From a virus, in the IMG/VR virus record IMGVR_UViG_3300031521_000001: DNA of 64,000 nt. One strand, 5' to 3'. The first letter of the stretch is position 1. Each line of letters begins with the position of its first letter. Below are positions 38,033 through 47,753 of the stretch, one piece after another. The notes beneath the pieces were generated by a model. It saw only the letters and a program-made list of their open reading frames with translations. It had not been told where the DNA came from and made no database searches. The position numbers and the translations under genes are program-made.

Positions 38033-39257
38033 AAAAAGTAAAAATGATAATGTAATTGATAAAATTATTGTTAATAATCATGGACTATTAGGATTAACAC
38101 CGAATAAAGAAACTGTATATACTCAACCAGTTTCAAAAATAACCAGAATAAAAAATTTGGGTGATGTTACAGGTTATTCTGAGATTGTCACAGGAAGAAC
38201 CAATACTCCAAATAAATCCATGTATAAATTTGGTGTAAATGATGATGTGACTGGAAAATCTGAATTGATTGTAGAAAGGAATAAAACACCAAATAAAGAA
38301 ATTGTATTTAATAATGTATCAGTGATTAAAACACCAGGTAATAAATCACTATTTAATAATATAGATATAATTAAAACTCCAAAAAATGAAATATTATACA
38401 ATAATAATAAAATAGATAATTCATTAACTAATAGTGATTTGTATAAAAATATAGATTCAGTCAACAAATTAACAAATGAAGATTTATATAAAAATATAGG
38501 TTCAGATAATAAATTAATAAATGCTGATTTATATAAAAATATAGGTTCAGATAACAAATTAGTGAATGAAGATTTGTATAAAAATATAGGTTCAGATAAC
38601 AAATTAGTGAATGAAGATTTGTATAAAAATATAGATTCTACCAACAATTTAACTGATGCAGATTTGTATAAAAATATAGATTCTACCAACAATTTAACTA
38701 ATGAAGATTTATATAAAAATATAGATTCTACCAACAAATTAACTAATGCAGATTTATATAAAAATATAGATTCTACCAACAAATTAACTAATGCAGATTT
38801 ATATAAAAATACAATTTTAGATAATAAATTAACTAATGAAGATTTATATAAAAATATAGGTTCAGATAACAAATTAATCAATGAACAATTATTTGACGGT
38901 AAAGTTTTAGTGAGCAACAAATTAAACAATGAAAAATTATTTGATGATAATTTTATAGTAAATAATAAATTAACCAATGAAGATTTATATAAAAATGCAG
39001 TTTCAGATAACAAATTAAATAATGAACAATTGTTTGATGATAATGTTATAGTAAATAATAAATTAAATAATGAAAAATTATTTGAAGATAATGTTATAGT
39101 AAATAATAAATTAGTGATGGAAAAATTATATAATGAGTCTAAAAAAGTTGATAATTCATTGAAAAATGATGTGATATATGATAATAAAGATGACTCCACG
39201 TCAACTAAAAAATTGAAAAACGTTGAGACTTTGTATATTAATAGTAACATTGATTAA
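38025..39257 (+). CDS. 15-aa tandem repeat protein
   Basis: About 15 copies of NKLTNEDLYKNI(G/D)S(D/T)-like units. Confidence 0.75.
   Translation: MGKKSKNDNVIDKIIVNNHGLLGLTPNKETVYTQPVSKITRIKNLGDVTGYSEIVTGRTNTPNKSMYKFGVNDDVTGKSELIVERNKTPNKEIVFNNVSVIKTPGNKSLFNNIDIIKTPKNEILYNNNKIDNSLTNSDLYKNIDSVNKLTNEDLYKNIGSDNKLINADLYKNIGSDNKLVNEDLYKNIGSDNKLVNEDLYKNIDSTNNLTDADLYKNIDSTNNLTNEDLYKNIDSTNKLTNADLYKNIDSTNKLTNADLYKNTILDNKLTNEDLYKNIGSDNKLINEQLFDGKVLVSNKLNNEKLFDDNFIVNNKLTNEDLYKNAVSDNKLNNEQLFDDNVIVNNKLNNEKLFEDNVIVNNKLVMEKLYNESKKVDNSLKNDVIYDNKDDSTSTKKLKNVETLYINSNID
38416..39170 (+). repeat. 45/48-bp coding tandem repeat array
   Basis: Units such as aacaaattaactaatgcagatttatataaaaatatagattctacc. Confidence 0.85.
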
Positions 39258-39305
39258 AAATTCTTAAAATATAAAAACATTTTTGATTATCACATGATTA
39301 AGTAT

Positions 39306-39313
39306 TATCTTTG
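39306..39313 (+). promoter_or_regulatory. Bacteroidota-type -7 element (TATCTTTG) with upstream TTTG
   Basis: 30 nt upstream of the ATG at 39343. Confidence 0.6.
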
Positions 39314-39342
39314 TATATAATTAATAATTAAAAAATATTATC

Positions 39343-40143
39343 ATGAGCATTCTAAATTATAATAGTTTTTCGGTTATGAATCATAAAAATGAGCTAATTG
39401 AAAAGATCATTACTATAATAGAACCAACATTGGAGGATTTACTGATTAAATACGAAGAAAGTTTTTTTGAAGAAACTGGTAGGTATTTCACAGAATTTCA
39501 AAAAGAAAATACTCTACTATATTTAATATTTGATTTGGTTAAATCAATTGAAAAATATACTAAACCCACAGATAAACTTGTTAATTTGAGAACTAGATAT
39601 TCCAACAAAGGAAATTTGGAGATTATTTCAGAAATAAAAAGAGATGGTATTCTTCATGATTTCTCTACTGAAGTTATAATTGCAGGTGGTTATAATATTC
39701 AAAAAGCTCATTATAGATATATCACAAAAACTACTTTACCTCAAACTAACAATTCTGAACTGACTTCTCTTTATTCAGAAAAAATTAAGAAATTAAATAA
39801 AATTGAAAAACTTCAAAAGGATATAGAATATGACAAAACAATAATTTCTTCTTGTGAAAAAGAAATTTCAGAATCAATTAAATTGACTGATGAAGAAATA
39901 TTTATTTTATTATCTAAAGAAGAATATGGTAGGCATTTATTGACTACTTGGGAAACATTGAGTTCTGATTCTTATGCTAAACAGAACAACACAAAAGAAA
40001 GTTGGGAAAAAGGAAATAAAGAATATGTTGATAGTAGAATTGATAATTGGAAAAAAAGAAATATAAATTGGAAACAAGATAGAATAAAGTCTGCTGAAAT
40101 TTCAATCAAAAAATCTCAGGATAAAATAAATAAATTGAAATGA
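39343..40143 (+). CDS. hypothetical protein with coiled-coil C-terminus
   Basis: 266 aa; IIAGGYNIQKAHYRY segment. Confidence 0.7.
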   Translation: MSILNYNSFSVMNHKNELIEKIITIIEPTLEDLLIKYEESFFEETGRYFTEFQKENTLLYLIFDLVKSIEKYTKPTDKLVNLRTRYSNKGNLEIISEIKRDGILHDFSTEVIIAGGYNIQKAHYRYITKTTLPQTNNSELTSLYSEKIKKLNKIEKLQKDIEYDKTIISSCEKEISESIKLTDEEIFILLSKEEYGRHLLTTWETLSSDSYAKQNNTKESWEKGNKEYVDSRIDNWKKRNINWKQDRIKSAEISIKKSQDKINKLK

Positions 40144-40616
40144 TAGATAGTTATAATAGGTATAATTTAAATAATAATATAGAAAAATTAGCAAAAACTA
40201 TACTTAGAACTTTTTTACATATAATGAAAGGTGAGCATATTAATTGTGAATCAAAATGGTTTTCAGATGATAAATATCAGTTGATTTTTTATAAAGACAA
40301 TTATACATTTAGTAAAATTTTTTACATTACATTTGAGATTAAAAATTGTGAATCTGAATTAGTTGAATATGATTCATATTCTATTTATGATCCATATGTT
40401 ACTATAGAAGTTAAAAGTGGTAATAGTATAACAGATATGATAAGATGTGAAAAATTCTTATTGTTTATTAAAAATATACTTTTACCATATGATATAACTG
40501 GACAATATTATACTTTTTGTGGTTCAGTTGATATTGATGATATCCCATATTTAATAACAAAATTATCAATCAAGGAGTATGATTTTTCAAATAATACAAA
40601 AAAATTCAATATTTGA
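40140..40616 (+). CDS. KFN[IL]-tagged protein (paralog of 40620)
   Basis: Ends NTKKFNI. Confidence 0.72.
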   Translation: MIDSYNRYNLNNNIEKLAKTILRTFLHIMKGEHINCESKWFSDDKYQLIFYKDNYTFSKIFYITFEIKNCESELVEYDSYSIYDPYVTIEVKSGNSITDMIRCEKFLLFIKNILLPYDITGQYYTFCGSVDIDDIPYLITKLSIKEYDFSNNTKKFNI

Positions 40617-40619
40617 TTT

Positions 40620-41096
40620 ATGATTCGAAAATATGAAGAACATGTAGTCTACACTGAAGAATTTTTATCTCACCTTGATACTCACTATAAAGTAATTAAG
40701 TTAGGTGATAAAATTGTTGAATTTTTGAAGAGTGCTGATAGTAACTTGTTTTATTCGACTAATTCTCCTCCTGATTATGAATATATGATAACTATTAATA
40801 GATTTAGTTATCCTACTTCAGAATTTGATGTTATTTTTTATATTCTTTTTACTATAACCAACAATACTGATATTAAAATAGATTTTCATTGGGGTAAATC
40901 AGTAAAAACATATCATAAAGATAAATGGAACACTGCTCTATTATTTTTAAGACATCTTATGTCATCAAAAGAAGATTATGGCGAGTATTATAGTTTTTCA
41001 ACTGTTATTAAACAGAATGATATAAACAAAATTATTTCTGATGTGAATGTGGAGCATTTTAATTTTTATAAAGATACTTTAAAATTTAATTTATAA
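40620..41096 (+). CDS. KFN[IL]-tagged protein (paralog of 40140)
   Basis: MIRKYEE leader; ends TLKFNL. Confidence 0.72.
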   Translation: MIRKYEEHVVYTEEFLSHLDTHYKVIKLGDKIVEFLKSADSNLFYSTNSPPDYEYMITINRFSYPTSEFDVIFYILFTITNNTDIKIDFHWGKSVKTYHKDKWNTALLFLRHLMSSKEDYGEYYSFSTVIKQNDINKIISDVNVEHFNFYKDTLKFNL

Positions 41097-41113
41097 AAAA
41101 ATACAATATCTAA

Positions 41114-41449
41114 TTAGATATTGTATTTTTTTGTATTTTTTCTAACCTCAAATTCTTCAATTTCTGCTGGTGTGAGTTTTCTTTTAATGTCTTTATCTAA
41201 TACACATCTTTTTCCACTTATTATTGCAATTTGACCAATATTTGTTGGCGATTTTACTCCATCCCAAGCAACATATTGATATTCATCAAGATAGTCTATA
41301 TACTCGATTTCTTCAATTATAAATTTGCCTTTTAGGTATGTTTTTTTCGTTAATTGTTTAGAAACAAGAATATAATCTCCTATGTTATAAGTTGGAGCTT
41401 TATCATTTGTGTAATTATAATATTCTTCAAATTTATAAACTTTTTTCAT
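41114..41449 (-). CDS. K[FY]N[IL]-tagged protein with KOW/SH3-like core
   Basis: MKKVYKFEE leader, YNIGDYI, RKLTPAEIEEF...TKKYNI. Confidence 0.78.
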   Translation of the reverse strand: MKKVYKFEEYYNYTNDKAPTYNIGDYILVSKQLTKKTYLKGKFIIEEIEYIDYLDEYQYVAWDGVKSPTNIGQIAIISGKRCVLDKDIKRKLTPAEIEEFEVRKNTKKYNI

Positions 41450-41451
41450 GA

Positions 41452-42102
41452 TTAGAATGATACTTTTTTTAGAATGTCATTGTGATGAGTGAATGCTAAT
41501 TGTGATTTTGATGCCCTATTTAATAACATCCACTTTCCACTTTTTGCATCATCATCAAATGATAGTTCAGATGTGTTTTTTATGTGAATGACAAATGGAA
41601 ATGTAAAAAAGTTTATTTCCCTAGGATCATTAGTTCTAATCATAGGTAAAGGTTCAATGTTTTTTATATCATCACTCTTTGCCTTTGTTTCTTCATTTAG
41701 TTCTCTGAGAACGGCTTGCTGTGGTGTTTCTCCTGCATCAATAAAGCCTCCTGGTAAAGCCCAACCCCTACCGTCTTGCCTTTCTATCAGATAAACTCTA
41801 CCCTCTCTTAAAGCCACTGCATCAACTGCGAAATTTGCAACATATGATATGATATTACCATCAGTCGTTTCAAAATATTTAGTTATTGGGTGTCCTGAGT
41901 TTACAAAGTTTGCAAATTTGTCATCTATCAATGTCAATTTACCTGCTTGTTCTTTTGGTAGAATATATTCTATCCTGTTGTCTGTCTTATAAATCCAGTT
42001 ACCTTCTGGATCTTTATTGATTGCTATTATTGTTACCAATTTGCTCAAATCAAAATTTGATAGAGATTCATTCATATTAAAATTTTTAAAATTTGTTATC
42101 AT
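41452..42102 (-). CDS. Nudix hydrolase with leader
   Basis: WALPGGFIDAGETPQQAVLRELNEET Nudix box, AVDAV, DPR and LAFTH motifs; begins MITNFKNFNMNE. Confidence 0.9.
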   Translation of the reverse strand: MITNFKNFNMNESLSNFDLSKLVTIIAINKDPEGNWIYKTDNRIEYILPKEQAGKLTLIDDKFANFVNSGHPITKYFETTDGNIISYVANFAVDAVALREGRVYLIERQDGRGWALPGGFIDAGETPQQAVLRELNEETKAKSDDIKNIEPLPMIRTNDPREINFFTFPFVIHIKNTSELSFDDDAKSGKWMLLNRASKSQLAFTHHNDILKKVSF

Positions 42103-42105
42103 TAA

Positions 42106-42360
42106 TTATAATTCTATTTTTTCAAATGTGTGTGTGATTTCTATTTCTTCATCTTCTTGATTCAATATCATATCATATTCATTGATAGTTTTATCCATAT
42201 CGTAGTATTTTATTTCTTTTTCTGAAAATGTTCTAGCATATTCTATGTCCAATACTAACATTTCGCCAATAACATCATCAATATAAAAGTAATAATCATC
42301 GTATTTATATACGTATTTTTTTAATAATAAATTCTCATTGAATTTATTTAATCTTTTCAT
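42106..42360 (-). CDS. hypothetical protein
   Basis: Likely start ATG 42360 (MKRLNKFNE), preceded by TATATTTG at 42382-42389. Confidence 0.6.
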   Translation of the reverse strand: MKRLNKFNENLLLKKYVYKYDDYYFYIDDVIGEMLVLDIEYARTFSEKEIKYYDMDKTINEYDMILNQEDEEIEITHTFEKIEL

Positions 42361-42451
42361 GACTTCAGTTTTTATATTTTGCAAATATACAACTATTTTA
42401 TGTAATAAAAAAATAATATATACATTATATATAAAAAATAATAAATAAATT

Positions 42452-43057
42452 ATGGACCAAAACATTATTAATAAATTGAAAGGACACGTTCCAGATGTAG
42501 TGTTGGCACAAATACCTGAAACTGCAACAAAATTTAATATAACAACATCACTTAGATTGTGTCATTTTTTATCTCAGTGTGCTCATGAGAGTATGAATTT
42601 TTCAGCAGTGAAAGAAAATTTGAATTATTCTGCTGCTGCATTAAAGTCAACATTTCCTAAATATTTTCCTGGTACGTTGAATGAATCATATGCTAGAAAA
42701 CCAGATAAAATCGCGAGTAGAGCATATGCAAATAGAATGGGTAATGGAGATGAAGCATCTGGTGATGGTTATAAATATTGCGGAAGGGGTTATATTCAAC
42801 TTACTGGTAAAGTGAATTATTCTGCATTTGATAAACTTGTTACTGAAGATTTATTGACTAATCCAGGTTTGGTAGCAACTAAATATCCATTGATGAGTGC
42901 AGCTTTTTTCTTCAACACTAATAATTTATGGACTATTTGTGATAAAGGAAGTTCTACCCAAGTTATAACTGAATTAACTAAACGTATTAATGGAGGTACA
43001 AATGGGTTGGATGACAGAATAGCTATTTTTAATAAATATTTTAATATTTTGAAATAA
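42452..43057 (+). CDS. glycoside hydrolase family 19 endolysin (chitinase-like)
   Basis: FLSQCAHES, YANRMGNG, GRGYIQLTG, INGGTNGLDDR. Confidence 0.9.
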   Translation: MDQNIINKLKGHVPDVVLAQIPETATKFNITTSLRLCHFLSQCAHESMNFSAVKENLNYSAAALKSTFPKYFPGTLNESYARKPDKIASRAYANRMGNGDEASGDGYKYCGRGYIQLTGKVNYSAFDKLVTEDLLTNPGLVATKYPLMSAAFFFNTNNLWTICDKGSSTQVITELTKRINGGTNGLDDRIAIFNKYFNILK

Positions 43058-43059
43058 AT

Positions 43060-43091
43060 AAAAAGTGATTATCAATTGATAATCACTTTTT
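43060..43091. terminator. perfect 32-bp palindrome, probable bidirectional terminator
   Basis: AAAAAGTGATTATCAATTGATAATCACTTTTT at a convergent junction. Confidence 0.75.
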
Positions 43092-43092
43092 T

Positions 43093-43425
43093 TTATAAAT
43101 TGAATTTTTCTGTGTTTTCTTTCATTTTAAATATTTCTATTTCATTCTGTGTTGCATATCTTAGTATTTGATTAGTATCAAAACATATTATATCTTCACA
43201 AAACTCAAACATAGACAGTGGCAAATTCATATAACGTAGAGTTATGAAATCATCATCTATTCCGTTTAGTTCCATGTCTACTATTTCTCCTGCTTCATTA
43301 CTCAAGTAATTATTTATCTCATCAATTGTATAACCGTCTGTTTCTGTCCAATCAACTTTACCTATAACAAAATCTCCAATTTCGTATTTTTTTATTTTAT
43401 TTTCAAAGTATTTTAAATGTTTCAT
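43093..43425 (-). CDS. KFN[IL]-tagged protein with KOW/SH3-like core
   Basis: MKHLKYFE leader, YEIGDFV, RYATQNEIE...TEKFNL. Confidence 0.8.
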   Translation of the reverse strand: MKHLKYFENKIKKYEIGDFVIGKVDWTETDGYTIDEINNYLSNEAGEIVDMELNGIDDDFITLRYMNLPLSMFEFCEDIICFDTNQILRYATQNEIEIFKMKENTEKFNL

Positions 43426-43456
43426 ATAGTTATATATTAATATTTTTAAATATTTT

Positions 43457-43642
43457 TTATATTATGTTGTCTGTATCTATATTTTTTTCATTTTTTAGAT
43501 ATTCTCTTATTAGTTTTTCAACTATTTTTGATTTATTGACATCTTTTTCTATAGATACTTCTTCTAATAAATCGTATATTTTTTTATTTAAAGAAACTGG
43601 TAAATTTTTTCTTTTGTCTTTTTCTTCTAATCGGTTTGCCAT
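43457..43642 (-). CDS. ribbon-helix-helix-like DNA-binding protein
   Basis: LPVSLNKKIYDLLEE...NKSKIVEKLIREYL. Confidence 0.65.
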   Translation of the reverse strand: MANRLEEKDKRKNLPVSLNKKIYDLLEEVSIEKDVNKSKIVEKLIREYLKNEKNIDTDNII

Positions 43643-43777
43643 AATTTTGTAATGTTTATTTGATGTATTAATTTTTGTTTTATTTGTTTTTATTATTTTA
43701 AAAATAATGTAAAATAAATGTGAAAATAGTGTTTTATGACTTTTGATTATTTATATATAGTAATAAAAAAAGAAGTT

Positions 43778-43942
43778 ATGAAAACAAAGAAAATAGGAAC
43801 AACATTCACTATAAATCCGAAGATATTAGAATTATTAGAATTATTAAATGATGACACAAAAAACAAATCAAAATTGGTAGAATGGTTATTATTAAATTAT
43901 TTTAAGAGTATTGGTAAAAATGTAGAAGATATAATATTATGA
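43778..43942 (+). CDS. ribbon-helix-helix-like DNA-binding protein
   Basis: Likely start ATG 43778; TFTINPKILELLE...NKSKLVEWLLLNYF. Confidence 0.6.
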   Translation: MKTKKIGTTFTINPKILELLELLNDDTKNKSKLVEWLLLNYFKSIGKNVEDIIL

Positions 43943-45144
43943 TAATAGATAAAAAAATAATAGTAAAGTTAAATGGTCGTAGTAAGTCTCATTATAGGAA
44001 TTTTGGTTATGTTATAGCAGTAAGTGATAATGAAATTGAAGTAGATGTTTTAGATTTATCTAAAGGTAGTAATGTTAAAATAAATTGTAAATGTGATAAT
44101 TGTGGTGATGTTCGTAGTATAACATATAGTAATTATAATTTACAAACTAATTTTGGAACTGATAATTTGTATTGTTTAAAATGTAAAAATATAAAATATA
44201 AAAAAACTTGCTTAAAAATATATGGAGTTGAAAATGTATCTCAATCAAAAAATATTAAAGATAAGAAAAAGGAGAAATCGTTATTAAAATATGATTGTGA
44301 ATATGTTTTTCAATCAGAAGAAATTAAAGATAAAATAAAGAAAACTAATTTAGATAGATATGGAGTAGAATATGCATTACAAAATTATGATATTTATAAT
44401 AAAATGATGCAAACAAATTTAGATAAATATGGTTGCGAAAATGTTTTCCAGAATGAAGAAATAAAAAAAAGAATAGAAAAAGATAATTTAGACTTGTATG
44501 GAGTCACAAATTTAAATAAGTTAGAATCTCAAAAAAATAAAATAAAAAATACTATAATAGAAAAATATGGAGTTGATAGTATATTTAAATCTGATGAAAT
44601 AAAAATAAAAAGCAAAAAAACTAATTTGAATAAATATGGGTTTGATCATCCTATGAAATCTGATATCGTAAAAGCCAAGACATTAAGAACAAATTTAGAA
44701 CGATATGGAGAATCATCTGCTATGAAATTAGATAGTGTTAAACTTAAAACAAAAGAGACAAATTTAAAAAGATATGGAGTAGAATGTACAATGCAAAATA
44801 TAGATGTATTTAATAAACATTTAAAAAATTCGTATATTATAAATAAATATGAATCTATATCATATCAAGGAACTTATGAGTTGGATTTTTTAGAAAAATA
44901 TTATAATATTGGAATTAATAAATATGACGCCATATCATATTTATATGAAAATAAGAATAGAATATATTATCCAGATTTTTATTATAAACCTTTAAATTTA
45001 ATTATTGAGATAAAGTCAAATTATTATTATTATAAATGTTTATATAAAAATTTAGCAAAACAAAAATCTTGTATAGAACAAGGATATAATTTTATTTTTA
45101 TAATAGATAAGAATTATGATGAATTTAAAAAACTGATTAGTTAA
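43939..45144 (+). CDS. repeat-rich PD-(D/E)xK homing-endonuclease-like protein
   Basis: Zn ribbon, repeated KTNLxRYGV[ED] units, C-terminal YYPDFY..LIIEIKS. Confidence 0.7.
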   Translation: MIIDKKIIVKLNGRSKSHYRNFGYVIAVSDNEIEVDVLDLSKGSNVKINCKCDNCGDVRSITYSNYNLQTNFGTDNLYCLKCKNIKYKKTCLKIYGVENVSQSKNIKDKKKEKSLLKYDCEYVFQSEEIKDKIKKTNLDRYGVEYALQNYDIYNKMMQTNLDKYGCENVFQNEEIKKRIEKDNLDLYGVTNLNKLESQKNKIKNTIIEKYGVDSIFKSDEIKIKSKKTNLNKYGFDHPMKSDIVKAKTLRTNLERYGESSAMKLDSVKLKTKETNLKRYGVECTMQNIDVFNKHLKNSYIINKYESISYQGTYELDFLEKYYNIGINKYDAISYLYENKNRIYYPDFYYKPLNLIIEIKSNYYYYKCLYKNLAKQKSCIEQGYNFIFIIDKNYDEFKKLIS

Positions 45145-45834
45145 TTAAGTAATCAGGGTTGATGTACCGATTCGATCTACCAAAGTTTTTATCTCTTTTA
45201 TTTGTTCGGTTGTTCTAATACCACCAGTGAATTTTATTTTAACATAATCAGGTAATATTTTTCTCATGAATTTAACTTTCTCAATTTTCTGCTCAAATGA
45301 TTCATCATTAGGAAGTTTTCCTGTTGATGTTGATATGTAATCTACATTATTTTCAATGCATATTCTACAAATTTTCTCAATTTCTTCATTATTTAGTGCA
45401 CCGATTTCAATAGTTAATTTTATAATAGAACCTTCTTTGTGACAATATTCAGATAATTTTCTGACTTCTGTTTCTAATTCATCTATTTTATCTTTTTTAA
45501 CTAATTCATAATTAAGAACTACATCAATTTCATCAGCTCCGTTTACGATTGATTTGTCAATTTGATCAAGTTTATATTTAGTTATTGAGTTTCCTTTTGG
45601 AAAATCAATTAGTGCTGATATTTTCATTTCATTTTTTACAAATGAATAAACTGATGCTACGTATTCAGGTAATATAGATACAGCATAAAAATTATTATCT
45701 TCTGCTTCTTTACAAAAATCTTTAATTTGATCATTAGTTAAACTATCTGATAATCTAGTGTAATCAATTAATTTGTAGTTTTCGTTCTTTTCTTTATTAT
45801 CTAAATATTCTAATATTCTTTTATAGACAATCAT
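45145..45834 (-). CDS. deoC: deoxyribose-phosphate aldolase-like protein lacking the Schiff-base Lys
   Basis: IDYTRL, DFPKG, GADEIDVV, GGIRT, RIGTS; STSTG in place of KTSTG. Confidence 0.8.
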   Translation of the reverse strand: MIVYKRILEYLDNKEKNENYKLIDYTRLSDSLTNDQIKDFCKEAEDNNFYAVSILPEYVASVYSFVKNEMKISALIDFPKGNSITKYKLDQIDKSIVNGADEIDVVLNYELVKKDKIDELETEVRKLSEYCHKEGSIIKLTIEIGALNNEEIEKICRICIENNVDYISTSTGKLPNDESFEQKIEKVKFMRKILPDYVKIKFTGGIRTTEQIKEIKTLVDRIGTSTLIT

Positions 45835-45884
45835 GTTTTGAAACCTTATTTTTCTATATATATTAAAAAATAATAATCAAATTA

Positions 45885-46412
45885 ATGACAGCAGGAAGAA
45901 ATAGTATATCTAAAAATAAAACATGGAATACCCCACCTAAATTTGTAGAATTAATAAATAAAATGTTGGTTGAGGTTGAGTTAGATCCTTGTAGTAATGA
46001 GACTAGTATGATAGATGCTAAAATTAAATATATTTTACCAACAGATGGATTAAAAGAAAGTTGGAACTATAAAACGTTATTTGTTAATCCACCATACGGT
46101 TTTGATATAGAAAATAAAACAAAAATATATGATTGGATTAAAAAGGGAGTTGAAGCGAATGAAAATTATAAAAGTGAAATTTTGTATCTGATTCCAGTTG
46201 CTACTAATACTAAGCATTTTAAAGATTTGATATTCAAAAAAGCAAAAGGTTTGTGCTTTTTGAAAGATACAAGATTAAAATTTTGGAGTGAAGGTGTTGA
46301 AGATAAAAAAGGTGCTCCAATGGCTTGCTGCTTTATATATTTTGGGAATAATTATGAAAAATTTGATTTGTTATTTTCTGATTTTGGACAATGTTTTGAA
46401 ATAAAATCATAA
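45885..46412 (+). CDS. phage DNA N6-adenine methyltransferase
   Basis: WNTP, LDPC, DGL..SW, FVNPPY, LIPVAT, RLKF. Confidence 0.85.
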   Translation: MTAGRNSISKNKTWNTPPKFVELINKMLVEVELDPCSNETSMIDAKIKYILPTDGLKESWNYKTLFVNPPYGFDIENKTKIYDWIKKGVEANENYKSEILYLIPVATNTKHFKDLIFKKAKGLCFLKDTRLKFWSEGVEDKKGAPMACCFIYFGNNYEKFDLLFSDFGQCFEIKS

Positions 46413-46784
46413 ATTGAATTTATTTGCTGATAGTGACAAGTAATATTTTTCTGTTTCTTCTGGGGTGGCTTCTCTTAGATGTAATAAATCTTTTGATGTT
46501 AAAGATTTATTATATACGATTGTATTATTGAAAATAGTTTTAATATCTCCATGTGGATTATTGAAATCTATTGGATTTGCAAAATTCTTTCTTGGTTTTG
46601 GTGTTTCATCATAGCCGTTATCAAAAATATCATATAAACAATATAATTTTTGTGGTTCTATGTTCCTATGCTCAAATGGTTTAATTTTTCCAATTGCTAT
46701 ATATCCAATAGTATCATAAATATATATTTTATTAAAGTCTATATCAATTGTAGATACATTTTCAAATGTTTTCAAATGCTTCAT
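46407..46784 (-). CDS. KFN[IL]-tagged protein (paralog of 47060)
   Basis: MKHLKTFE ... REATPEETEKY..ANKFNL. Confidence 0.8.
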   Translation of the reverse strand: MKHLKTFENVSTIDIDFNKIYIYDTIGYIAIGKIKPFEHRNIEPQKLYCLYDIFDNGYDETPKPRKNFANPIDFNNPHGDIKTIFNNTIVYNKSLTSKDLLHLREATPEETEKYYLSLSANKFNL

Positions 46785-46785
46785 T

Positions 46786-47058
46786 TTATAAATTGAATTT
46801 ATTTGTTGTTGTAGATATATTAGATATTTCTATATCTTCTGGTGTTGCTATTCTCATAATTTCGTCAGGATATATTTTAACAGTAGGATATTCATGATTG
46901 CCTTGATTTAAAAACTTACAAGTGTAACTACCAAAATCATTATCTGCTATGATTGTCATTATTTCTTCATCTATTTGATTGAATTCACTAATTACTAATA
47001 CACAATCTCCAATTTTATATTCTTCATCAAATGTTTCAAATATTTTTAAATGTTTCAT
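46786..47058 (-). CDS. KFN[IL]-tagged protein with KOW/SH3-like core
   Basis: MKHLKIFE, YKIGDCV, RIATPEDIE..TNKFNL. Confidence 0.8.
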   Translation of the reverse strand: MKHLKIFETFDEEYKIGDCVLVISEFNQIDEEIMTIIADNDFGSYTCKFLNQGNHEYPTVKIYPDEIMRIATPEDIEISNISTTTNKFNL

Positions 47059-47059
47059 A

Positions 47060-47392
47060 TTATAGATTAAATTTGTTTGTTGATATTGCTAAATTGTATT
47101 TTTCTGTTTCTTCAGTGGTAGCTTCTCTTATGTACAATAAATTTTCGATTGTTAGTTTCATGTAAAATTTTGATAAATGAACAAAATCTACATCACTAAG
47201 ATATTTTCCAGTAGTACGAAAAATATCATCATAATCATTATCAAAAATATCTTTTAATTTATATGGTGTTTTTATATAGGTAAAAGGTTCAATTTTTCCA
47301 AATGCTACATATCCACTGTTTCCATATCTATATACTTTGTTAAAATCTATTTCTTTTTCTTTAATGCTTTCAAAATTTTTTAAATATTTCAT
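47060..47392 (-). CDS. KFN[IL]-tagged protein (paralog of 46407)
   Basis: MKYLKNFE ... REATTEETEKY..TNKFNL. Confidence 0.8.
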   Translation of the reverse strand: MKYLKNFESIKEKEIDFNKVYRYGNSGYVAFGKIEPFTYIKTPYKLKDIFDNDYDDIFRTTGKYLSDVDFVHLSKFYMKLTIENLLYIREATTEETEKYNLAISTNKFNL

Positions 47393-47393
47393 A

Positions 47394-47753
47394 TTATAGA
47401 TTAAATTTTTTTGATTGTATAATTAATGAAAGTTTATCAAAAACATCTTTTGATGTGTTAGCTTGATATACTATTTTATTATCTAAGTTTTTGAAACGGT
47501 AATATTCTCTATTACCAATCTTCCCCATTCTACGATCACTATAATTTTTTTCGTCTTGATATTCGTATAGTATCTTTAATGTTGTATCGTAATAATTGCT
47601 ATTGGAATCATGTTTTAAAATTTTGAATATTACATATACTGGTTCTTCTCCTTCATTATAAAAATTTCTATCCCATCTATCTTCTTTGTTTAGTAAACAA
47701 AGAAGATATTTTTTTGGATTATTTAAGTTTTCAAATGTATTTAAATATTTCAT
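47394..47753 (-). CDS. KFN[IL]-tagged protein
   Basis: MKYLNTFE ... SKKFNL. Confidence 0.78.
   Translation of the reverse strand: MKYLNTFENLNNPKKYLLCLLNKEDRWDRNFYNEGEEPVYVIFKILKHDSNSNYYDTTLKILYEYQDEKNYSDRRMGKIGNREYYRFKNLDNKIVYQANTSKDVFDKLSLIIQSKKFNL

Noticed and set aside
38416-39170. Possible CRISPR array
   Set aside because: Units are contiguous, in-frame and degenerate, with no unique spacers and no cas genes
38174-39250. 358-aa antisense ORF
   Set aside because: Mirror of the 45-bp repeat gene; the plus-strand ORF fits the operon and overlaps its upstream neighbour
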